This document shows, piece by piece, positions 1-10,278 of a DNA stretch of 64,000 nt. The notes beneath the pieces are model-generated. The model saw only the letters and a program-made list of their open reading frames with translations, ran no database searches and was not told where the DNA came from. The position numbers and the translations under genes are program-made. Source of the DNA: Octopus vulgaris (lineage: Eukaryota); the NCBI GenBank assembly GCA_951406725.2, contig OX597822.1, positions 35,774,001 to 35,838,000 of the forward strand, given 5' to 3'. Each line of letters begins with the position of its first letter. Within the stretch, counting starts at the first letter, position 1.

Positions 1-308
1 TATATGTGTATTTATACGTGTATATTATATCTGTGCCTATGTATACATATGTATCCATACGTAAGTGTATGTACGCGTAAGCACTTACTTATACAAATAA
101 ATTACTTTCGCCAACATTCTCATTACATCTTGACACCTAAAGTCTATCCGATACTCCCGTTAATATTCTATTTACTTCAGATTTCGCCATTTCTATCTTG
201 CTTTTATATAATCACATACCCATTATTTTTTTATTGTAATGTATAATCTTATGCTATCTTCTATGTATTTGTGAGTATATGCGTAGATATGTATATTTCG
301 ACTAGTAC

Positions 309-359
<51 letters not shown>

Positions 360-360
<1 letters not shown>

Positions 361-959
361 ATAATATAGGGTGAAATTAATTAATTAATTTAGAAATAAT
401 CATTAATTTCGCCAAGTAGAGATCGGCATGTAAAAGCCCCATTCAAGGAAGGTTTAAGTAATACTAAGTAAGTAAGAGTTTAGCAACGATTTGCCTCACC
501 ACACACCGAATTTAGAAATAGCAGTCAAAAAGTTTTAGCTATTCTTTCTACTTAAAAGGGAGATCCCAGTAAAACCAAAGCACTTAAAAAGCAAACAACG
601 CAGGCAAAAGAGAAAGAAATGACGAAAATCATTGTATATTAAATCACCTACGGACGTACGTTTCGGAATTAAGTCATTGCAGAGCATAAAAATTAAATAA
701 TTATGTCTTACCTGACTATTTTCCTCCTCAGCGTAGGACTCTTCAATCATATTAATAATTGTGTATTAAATTTGAAGGCACTAGAAGACATCACCTCAAC
801 TCATGGTATCAGAGCGAGCGTAAGCCATTACGCTCCAAATTCAAAGGATGAATGAAAGTATGTCACCATCCCCCTTCCGCCAGCGTACTGCCAAAATAAG
901 ATGCTACAGTTGAGGTGATGTCTTCTAGTGCCTTCAAATTTAATACACAATTATTAATA
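360..959 (-). mobile_element. Penelope-like element terminal-repeat fragment with 5' inversion
   Basis: Contains a type I hammerhead motif (647-737) and a perfect 52-bp inverted repeat (750-801 / 908-959), the usual layout of truncated Penelope copies. Outer boundaries are approximate. Confidence 0.6.
647..737 (-). ncRNA. Type I hammerhead ribozyme (Penelope-type, palindromic stem III)
   Basis: Minus strand reads CCTACG-CTGAGGA-GGAA...TTCC-GAAA-CGTACG-TC-CGTAGG: 6-bp stem I, intact core, extended stem II, GUC cleavage triplet. Confidence 0.85.
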
Positions 960-1189
960 ATAAATATTTTCCTTGGGGCTGGCCAGATTGGAGCAATCTC
1001 AAGAATATTCAGCCAAAATTGCGAGGACAATCCGGTTCTTGACTGAAGATAGAAAACTCCGAATGACTCGTCTTTGTTTTCTTTGTATCGTTTATCTGGA
1101 TGTTTTGTTGTCCCTTTTTATATCACCTAGTTGTCCGGATGTTTTGCGTTCTTGTCTCATTGTGCATGTTATATATATATATATATAAC

Positions 1190-1402
1190 ATGTGTTTGTC
1201 TGTGTTTGTTCCCCCCCCCCACAACATCGCTTGACAACAGATGCTGGTGTGTTTACGTTCCCGTACATTAGCGGTTCGGCAAAAGAGACCAATAGAATAA
1301 GTACTAGACTTACAAAGAATAAGCCCGGGGATCGATTTGTTCGACTAAAGGCGGTGCTCCAGCATGGCCGTAGTCAAATGACTGAAACACGTAAAAGAAA
1401 GA
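1190..1402 (+). mobile_element. 3' half of tRNA-derived SINE (family B in this report)
   Basis: Matches the 3' part of the full copy at 56565-57023 (catcgcttgacaac...gactgaaacaagtaaaag). Confidence 0.85.
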
Positions 1403-1600
1403 ATAAACGAATATGTACATGTGTGTGTGCTTGTGCGTGTGTGTGCGCGTGTGCGTATGTGTGTGTTTGTGGGTGTGCGTGTGTGTGTGTGAGAGAGTTT
1501 ATGTGTGTCTGTGTTTTTTTTTGTCGCCCTTTTCAAACCTAGCCCGGTTTCCCGCGAGTCCGCTGCCCTAACCACTGGGTCATTGCGCCTCCACATAATG

Positions 1601-1803
1601 TTTCTTCTCTAGCCATGCCAGGCTCATAAGGGCCGGTTTCCTGGTTTCAGTGGCGTAGAAATTCCCCATCTGGACGGGACACCGGTCCGTCGCAGGATTA
1701 CTCATTTTTGCCAGCTGAGTAGACTCATTGCCCGATCCAAGAATCGAAACCACAACCTTACGATCATGAGTTCAACACCCTAACCACTAAGCCACGCGCC
1801 TCC
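1601..1803 (-). mobile_element. tRNA-derived SINE with CORE-like segment and Meta/V-like tail
   Basis: Head GGAGGCGCGTGGCTTAGTGGTTAG (A box) and GGTTTCGATTC (B box); tail cctgcgacggaccggtgtcccgtccag is shared with 29261-29570. Confidence 0.75.
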
Positions 1804-3220
1804 AGTACTCTACCTTTCTGTAGCAGCTGACAGCCACAGGAGCCAACGAGCGAACCTTTGCGCGGTATCTAATTGGCTACAAACGGCAGCCAATCTTCCT
1901 CATTTCATGTTAAAATGGAGACGCTGTATACTCTGGTCCTTGCTTCCCCGCACGTAGGAAAAGATGAGTAGGTCACGGCTAGAATTCCTTTGATCATGGG
2001 AGTGCTGTTCAATCCGGACTAATCTGGGGGTTAAAACAACAACAACAACAACAACAACACAGTAGCCATTAAGTGACACTCGACGTGGTAGATCTAGCAG
2101 CTAAATCTCAAATCATAGTATATCATCTTAAAAAGAAAAGTATATATTTGATAAGATAATACTAGATAAATGAGATAAAGTAGTCTGGAACGCCTTTCAA
2201 CACAGATCTACTTAATCAGAGCTTACTACGTGTCGACAGCCACCACCGCCATTACTTTTCATAAATATTGATTTAGAGAGCGATATAGTTATGCAGTTGA
2301 TTTCATCAATCTCAAGATTTGACTGATAATGTATTTTTTCAGCACCGGAAAGATGAACAGCAAAGTTGACTTCAGTGAGATTTGAACTTAGAATCTAAAG
2401 AGCCATAAATAACAAAGCATTTTTCCCACATCTCTACCAATTGTATTAGTCAATAGCCATTTTTCTTAAAAGTTAATTTCCAATATAGATACAAGATCAC
2501 GAATTTGAGAGATGAGGGTATAATCGATAAAATAGACTGGAACTTTAACTACTTTCAGGAATCGTTAGAATACTGGATAGTATTCTTCACGGCATTTGTT
2601 TCAACGGCCAGCGCTCTGAGTTCTAATCCCGCCGAGATCAACTTTGCTTTTCATCCTTTGGCGGTGCTGTCAGAGGCGCTGGATGAGATACTCTGATGTA
2701 TCTGTTCTAGCTCTTTATATTTTGAGTTCAAATCCCGCCTAGTCATCAGTAATTCGAAAAAACAATGGAAATATAGTATCTATAGGCCGACTGAGAGATC
2801 GACGGTCATCACTATCACCACTGTCTGCCACTTTATTTTATCGACCATCGGAAGAATGAAAGGCAACATCAACTCCGGCGTGTTTGAACTCAGAATGTAA
2901 ACATCGCAGAGGCATTTTGTCCGACGCTCTAGCAATTCTGTCAATCCTAATTATTCATTCTTCACCGAGCACTAGACCATGGACAAATGAAAGTCCTTCC
3001 TTCTTTGTTGAGGAAAGTAACAATTAAAGATAATCAAATCCCATGAGAGATTGTTTTCAGGTTATGGAGTCGATTAATTTTGAATGTTAGCCTAGAGGTT
3101 CAGGGTTTGCATCTCTTATGAAGCATCTACATGGTTAGTCCCTCGGTATACTAAAAAATACCAGCTAAATTTCCTTCTAATAACACCATACCCTTTTTTA
3201 AAAAAGCTACAGTATATAGT

Positions 3221-3432
3221 GGAGGCGCAATGGCCCAGTGCTTAGGGCAGCGGACTCGCGGTCGGAGGATCGCGGTTTCGATTCCCAGCCCGGGCGTTGT
3301 CTGTGTTTATTGGGTGAAAACACCTAAAAGCTCCACGAGGCTCCGGCAGTGGAGTGTGACCCCTGTTGTACTCTTTCTCCCACTCTTTCTTCCTGTTTCT
3401 TGAGTAACGCTGCGTATGTGTTCCCGTCCAGC
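3221..3432 (+). mobile_element. tRNA-derived SINE (family A head), 3'-truncated
   Basis: GGAGGCGCAATGGCCCAGTG head with A/B boxes; same head at 4312(-) and 8044. Confidence 0.85.
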
Positions 3433-3497
3433 TATATATATTACGGAGATGTACTTGCATAACAAGTGACCTGATCTGAGATAATGTGCTGGAACGA

Positions 3498-3733
3498 AAT
3501 CAATTGCAGCATGGAAGGTGTTTATAAGCCATTTAAGAAACGCACCAAAACCGTTAGATTCACTTCAACATTTAGATTTAATTTGCCAAAATATTTTCGT
3601 CGCTTTGAGCACGGAATTTGTCTCGAATTGACGAAAATATTTTGGCAAATTAAATTTAAATGTTGAAGTGAATCTAACGGTTTTGGTGCGTTTCTTAAAT
3701 GGCTTATAAACACATTCCACACTGCAATTGATT
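3498..3733. mobile_element. Palindromic MITE-like element, about 104-bp arms
   Basis: 3498-3601 is the near-perfect reverse complement of 3630-3733. Confidence 0.8.
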
Positions 3734-3920
3734 ATTAATGTAATTCTCTCTGAAATAGAACAAAGAGCCAATTATTTTATAAAAGATGTAAAAGTGTTTG
3801 GTAAGTTCAATTTTCCCAGTGCTGTTGTTGATGCCACCGACGGTTCAACCGTCGTTTCCACTGTTTACTGTTGCAGTACTCACCCACTGTAGTGAATAAA
3901 AACTAACGTTTCGAACCTTT

Positions 3921-4312
3921 GGTGGAAGCACTCCGTCGGTTACGACGACGAGGGTTCCGGTTCATCCGATCAGATCAACGGAACAGCCTGCTCGTGAAAT
4001 TAACGTGTAAGTGGCTGAGCACTCCACAGACACGTGTACCCTTAACGTAGTTCTCGGGGATATTCAGCGTGACACAGAGAGTGACAAGGCCGGCCCTTTG
4101 AAATGCAGGTACAACAGAAACTGGAAGTAAGAGTAAGAGAGAACGTTGTGGTGAAAGAGTACAGCAGGGATCACCACCATCCCTGCCGGAGCCTCGTGGA
4201 GCTTTAGGTGTTTTCGCTCAATAAACACTCACAACGCCCGGTCTGGGAATCGAAACCGCGATCCTATGACCGCGAGTCCGCTGCCCTAACCACTGGGCCA
4301 TTGCGCCTCCAC
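3921..4312 (-). mobile_element. Full-length young SINE (family A head) with 12-bp target-site duplication
   Basis: TTTCGAACCTTT at 3909-3920 and 4313-4324; tRNA-like head at the right end. Confidence 0.92.
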
Positions 4313-7214
4313 TTTCGAACCTTTATACTTCGCTTGAATGAGGAAAAGAGGGAAGACGGATTTGTTACTTTGGTTATAGACGAGTGAATTGTTTTTACTT
4401 GCCAATAACAAGAACCGGTGCCAGATTACTCAGCGCTGCTAGGCCAGTCCTATAATGTATGCTCTCTTCTACCAACCCGGCGATGTCTGCTCCCTTATCC
4501 CTGCCCTACACTGTGCGCTCTTTTCTCCAAACTTTGGAGTATGCACCCCCATTCAACAATTTTCCAACAAATTCTTTCATCCATCCTTCTCTGTATAAAA
4601 AAACACAGTTGAAAATTTTCAATTAATTTGCGCACATGGAATCTATAGTTTTATTATCATGAATATCGCCAAATAAATATATTACCTGATTAAGATTTTG
4701 TATTGTTTCGCACTAAATCACGCCAACTTTACCCTCCATCCTTCCCTATTCCGGGAGTGACCGCTCGTACTCCTTTTCTTGTTGAAATTTCATGTATTTA
4801 GACAACGAAATTTTCTGTAAGTTGTCCAGAATTCATGCAGCACCCTCAAGTATCAGTGTTCTCGGTGATCCCTTAGTTTCCCTCGTTTATAGCGCCGACC
4901 TCACCTACAACACCAAGCAATGACACCGCTTTTTATCTCTACCTCTCTCTGAAACAAAAAGTAAGGACCAGGAACTTCTTTGCCCCGTATGGTAACTGAA
5001 CTTTTTTTTTTGTTTTTGCTTGAGCCCTAGGAATCATAAGGCTGGCTACTCAGTTTCTCATGGCTTATATGTAAGGATTCCCTTGAACGGGACGCCGGTC
5101 CGTTGCCAAGCTGATTACACCGACCCAAGAACTTGACTGATACTTTATTTTATCGACCCCCGAAGAGATTAATGGCAAATATCAAAATGAACTCAGAACA
5201 TAAACCAGAAGACATGCCACTAAGCATTTTGTCCGACGTGCTAACGATTCTTCCGGCTCGTCGCTTTATTCTAGCTCTTCCATAAACTTGCCAAATGATC
5301 GTTACCAGTTTCTTCAGATTCTGGACTGTACATTTGCATCTTATTTTTTATCATACATGCCTTACCAAGTGTGAGGCGATTTGTTAATACTTTAAAACAG
5401 TTACAGTAATTCAGTTATTATGTGCTCAAGGCATTTTCTGGAAAAATAAAATTATCGCTAGCCACAGACTTTGTTTTAATAAACTAATATGGCTCGGATA
5501 CATATTCTGCAGAAGTATGTTTCACTATTTATGCTTATCGTTTATTTTGCCCAAAGTCATATTTCCTTGCAAAGGATCCAAGAAATCCTTAGCTTACTAC
5601 ATCTGCAGTTTATTTTTCATCCAGCTGTCATCTTCCTTTTTTCCCCTTTCTCCTTCTTACTATATGACCATGCCAATATTATCTCTTTTCTTGCGGAACA
5701 TAATTGATCACCAGTCACTCTGACAAACTACAAGCCGACTATAAAAATTCAAATTGCAGACCAAGCAGATAATATTTCATTACAGCTGTAGGAGGCCTTT
5801 TGCCAATACAATTTGCATAAACATTGATCATAGCTGTTAGGGTATTGAGAATCTTACTACGAAAATATCTTTTCTTCATTTCTGAACGTATTTGCAGTCA
5901 ATGTTGGGTATTTTTTTCCCGAATATTTCTCGCACACTAGTTTCTTCCTGAATATAGTATGTTTGTTTTTCATACGTCACTACAAAGCTATAGCATATAT
6001 TATCAACGTATAATTTTTTATCAACTTGTATAAGATTTCGTATAACTTTGTACAAGTATTTTACTGTCGGTTTTTCACGGATTTCTTTTTTGTTGTTAAT
6101 ATTTATGAAACAAAAGAGCAGCAGATGTCAGGTCCAAGGGAGATTAGTTGCAATACTTATATCTATCGAGTTCAAATCACTTTCGGATCAATTTTACTTT
6201 TATATTTCCGGGAATTGATGAAAATATCAGACAAATACTGAACAAGATTGAATAAATTAAGTTTGCTTTTCATTGAAATGTGTCGCCAATGCGAGATTAA
6301 ATTGAACGACTTATTAGCAAAACGGTTAGCGGCTTGTATTTCATTACTTCAAGCGTGTGAGTGAACAAAACCAGAACCCTTTTCTTTTAACGATTCAGTG
6401 AAATTAACAGTAAACGTATTCCATTTTGTTTTCTTTTTCCTTGATCCTTAGAACTCATAAAGTTACCCATTTTCCATGGCGTATGAGCAATCGAGATCAC
6501 AATATTCTCCTGCACGAGACGCCATTCCGTAGCAGACATCAAGACCAGCAATTCTGAGAAGAGAGGACAAGACAAGTGAATTACATCGACTCCCACATAT
6601 TTGACTGTTACTTTATTTTATCGAAACCGGAAAGGATGAAATGCAAAGTTGACCTCGGTGAAATTCGAACGCAGAACGTAAAGAGCCAGAAGTAATGCCT
6701 CTAATTATTTTATCCGAAGTGTTAACGATTCTTCCAGCTCGCCGTCTTAAACATAAATCACAAGAAGATAAGATTCAGGTACAGAAAAACAGAAATTACT
6801 AAGTGTATATTAACTTCTTTTCCTTCTTCATATAATTTGAACACAGTGTATAATTCGGAAAATGTTGAGTTCGAATTATAAGAAAGAAAAGAAAGCAACA
6901 GAAAGCCAATTCAAAAGGCGGCCTTGATTCTTTATTAGGTCTTCTTTGAGTTATGAGATGTCTTTGATCAGCCTTGAATTTACGAACATCCAAATTCCGG
7001 TTCTGTTTACATCTGATAGCTTACGTCCAACAGCCCATTCCGTCATGGACTTTACATCAAATAGATATTCCACACAACTGTTAGAAGTATTTAGGCAAAA
7101 CTAATAATTTAAACATTTCAACTTTCTAAGAACCTGTTATTTGACTTAGGTTTTCTTCCCCACCCGCTCTACATGTATCAGGATTTTATATTTACCCTTT
7201 CTATTAACAAATGC

Positions 7215-7635
7215 TGGCTTCAAATTTCGTGGGAAGACCAGAAATTTCGTGGGAAGGGTAAGTCAATTACATCGACCCCAGTGTTCAACAAGTACTTAAT
7301 TGATGGACCCCGGAAGGATGAAAGACAACGTCGACCTCGGCAGAATTTGAACTCAGAACGTTAAGACGACGAAATGTTGCTAAGCAATTTGCCCGGCATG
7401 CTAACGAATCTTATTTATTTATTGCCCACAAAGGGCTAGACACAGAGGGTACAAACAAGGACAGATAAATGGATTAAGTCGTTTTACCTCGACCCCAGTG
7501 CGTAACTGGTACTTAATTTATGGACCCCGAAAGGATGAAAGGCAAAGTCGACCTCGGCGGAATTTGAACTCAGAACGTAACGGCAGACAAAATACCACTA
7601 AGCATTTCACCCGACATGCTAACGATTCTGCCAGC
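7215..7635 (-). mobile_element. Two tandem copies of SINE family C
   Basis: Both match the reverse complement of 10956-11188 (gaaaggatgaaaggcaaagtcgacctcggcggaatttgaactc). Confidence 0.85.
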
Positions 7636-7955
7636 AAACTATCTCTCTATTAACAAATGTTACATACATAGAACTAGGCTAAGAAACTGAATCTCGAGTT
7701 CATTACTTATAGCTTAAAGATTTCTTAATGGTAACTTTCATATTTTTCAAAATAAATTCTCTTTCACTTGTTTAGCACTGTGACCATGAAGGGCACTGCT
7801 TTGAAGAATTTTAGTCCAAGAAATCGACCACAGTACGTTTTTAAAAGCCTACTACTTACTCTATCGGTCTCGATTGCCGAACTGCTAGTTAACGAGGACG
7901 TAAACAGATCAACATTGACTGACAGCGGTGGGGGGATAAGTACACACACACACAT

Positions 7956-8043
<88 letters not shown>

Positions 8044-8335
8044 GGAGGCGCAATGGCCCAGTGGTTAGGGCAGCGGACTCGCGGTTGTAGGATCGCGGTT
8101 TCGTTTCCCAGACTGGGCGTTGTAAGTGTTTATTGAGCGAAAACACCTAAAGCTCCACGAGGCTCCGGTGGTGGCGATCCCTGCTGTACTCTTTCGCCAC
8201 AACTTTCTCTCAATCTTTCTTCTGTTGACCTGCTCGCTTAGCCAGCGGGGTGGCGTCATTCGGAAGCTAAAATAATGCGAAGCGCATTGTGACCAGCGAT
8301 GTGTAACAACATCTGATAGCCTGGTCGGTCACGGT

Positions 8336-8337
<2 letters not shown>
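8044..8337 (+). mobile_element. Full-length SINE (family A head, different tail) between (TA)n tracts
   Basis: Head matches 3221 and 4312; tail gcttagccagcggggtggcgtcattc...ggtcggtcacg recurs inverted at 33290-33398 and 54140-54250. Confidence 0.88.
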
Positions 8338-8383
<46 letters not shown>

Positions 8384-8520
8384 GAGAAGAATTTGACGTT
8401 CTATCAGTGTTTACGCGTTGAAAAAAATATATCCTTCTACTTGTTCTACAATACATTTCATCGCTTCAAAACAAACTTGTTTGTTTACATATGACGTAAT
8501 ATATATATATATATAAGGAA

Positions 8521-8998
8521 ACTCCCTATTTTAAAATGCTTATAAATCATTTATTAATTGTAATTTTTACAAAAAAATATCAATATGAGAGGAAGGCTTT
8601 TATTATGAGGCTTTATTTAAAATTCGATATGGGCTCCAAATGTTGCCACCAGGTTCTTGAGACGCCCCGGAATTGCATGAACTGATTTCCTCAGGAACTC
8701 TGGTGGGATGGATGGCATATAGCTTCTCGTATTCACCCTTTGGTTTGGTACAGGAGACTTGTTCCTTTAAGCAACCCCAAAAAGAGACTCTTGGTTGGCC
8801 ACTCATGCGAATCACGATAATCCATCCAGCGACCGGAAAAGTGGGCATTCAGCCACTCATGAACGACGACAGCAATACGATTACAGATTAAGTTCTCATG
8901 CTAACAAAAACAAACGGAAAAAAATTTGAGAAAAAAATCACAATTAATAAATGATTTATAAGTATCTTAAAATAGGGAGTTACTGTTCAGTCACCCTG
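8521..8998. mobile_element. Internally deleted Tc1/mariner-like element
   Basis: 41-bp inverted repeats at 8521-8561 / 8940-8980; right end ...CACCCTG|TA; minus-strand FWGCLKEQV..TKP resembles a Tc1/mariner transposase C-terminus. Confidence 0.7.
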
Positions 8999-9006
8999 TA
9001 TGTATA

Positions 9007-10278
9007 CAGGGTGCAATGGGTAAATTGTCCCATTTTATATTTTTCATTTCGCGCATGCGCATTGTTTGTTTTTAATTTTGTCGACTGCACAGTATAGTAG
9101 GGGCAGTTGGACACCGTCTGTGAGAAAAACAGCACCATGACGCAATTCACTCTCCCAGAAATTTGTAAACGACATACTATACTGTTTGGCATTCACGCCG
9201 GCAGCTCCAGTACGAACATTTCAGAGTGTTTGGGTGTCAATCTGAGGACAGTGCAGAGGATTCGGAAGGAATTGAATGAGCCTAATGATGATTACGAAAG
9301 TACGGCAGCTCGGAAAACTCACTATGATCGTTCCGATAAGAAAAGAACTCCTGAATTTGCTGGTGAGATCCAGGCCATGATTGACAACGATCCCTCCAAA
9401 TCAATCATGTCCATCACCAGGGACATGGAAGTGTCTAAGTTTCTTATCAGTACATGAAGATATTCGGTATCCCTCATACAAAATTAGAAAGGGACATTTT
9501 TTATCCCAGGCCATCAAGGACAAAAGGGAAGACCGCGCTACGAAGCTTTTTAACAAAATTAAGCATCACCTCCAACCGAACATGCTTTGGTTTTTCTCAG
9601 ACGAGAAAAATTTCTGCCAGGATCAGATGGTGAGCACACAGAACAACCGCTGGCTTGCCGTGTCCCCAAAACAAGTACCAAGAGTGATAAAAACCAAGCA
9701 TCCAGTTAACATCATGATATTTGGAGTGATCACTAGTGATAGTGACATTATGCCTCCAATCATCTTCCCACATGGCCTCAGTCTCAACAAGGAGGTCTAT
9801 ATCAAGTGCCAGAAGGAGGTAGTGCTGCCCTGTGTCAAAAGAGTGGCTGCTGGAAGACCCTATGTCTGGCAAGGTCTCTGCACCTTGCCACACAGGAAAG
9901 AAAACCCAGTCATGGCTGTCAGACAATTTCTGCAACCACATCATCCCTAACATCTGGTCACCTAACTCCCCAGACTGCAACCCCCTTGATTATAGTGTGT
10001 AGTGCAGTTGAGTGAGAGACCAACAAAACTCCTTGATGAACTAAAGGCAAGGATTATGACAGCATCCACCAACTTAAACAAGGATACCGTCCAGAAGAGT
10101 TGCAGTAGATTCCGAAGTCGTCTGGTTGAAGCCAATGGCGATTTTATTGAATAGATTTACTCTAGTAATTCAAGATATTTTTATGTAATTTTGGTAAATT
10201 TAAAATATGTTAAAATGACATATCAGTGTTATTTTCATTTTTACGTAATTTAGACGACAATTCATTCATTGCACCCTG
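9007..10278 (+). mobile_element. Tc1/mariner transposon of DD37D (maT-like) type, full length but decayed
   Basis: TA|CAGGGTGCAATG ... CATTGCACCCTG|TA termini; HTH-like N-terminus in ORF 9107-9457; FFSDEKNF and (frameshifted) WSPNSPDCNPLDY motifs. Confidence 0.92.
9138..10152 (+). pseudogene. Frameshifted DDD transposase
   Basis: The reading frame is split over ORFs 9107-9457 and 9381-9950, with a further shift near 9872. Confidence 0.88.

Noticed and set aside
804-815. CA|TGGTATCAGAGC, identical to the plant initiator tRNA-Met primer-binding site of LTR retrotransposons
   Set aside because: No paired LTRs or gag/pol nearby, the animal tRNA-iMet end differs (TGGTAGCAGAG), and the context is Penelope-like; probably chance.
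3050-3140. Plus-strand acceptor/donor pair (ttttcag|...|gttagt)
   Set aside because: All three frames contain stops and no partner exons were found.
3221-3295. tRNA-like sequences at SINE heads (also 4312, 8044, 10957, 56565)
   Set aside because: They continue into SINE bodies, some with TSDs, and lack a proper acceptor stem and terminator; not tRNA genes.
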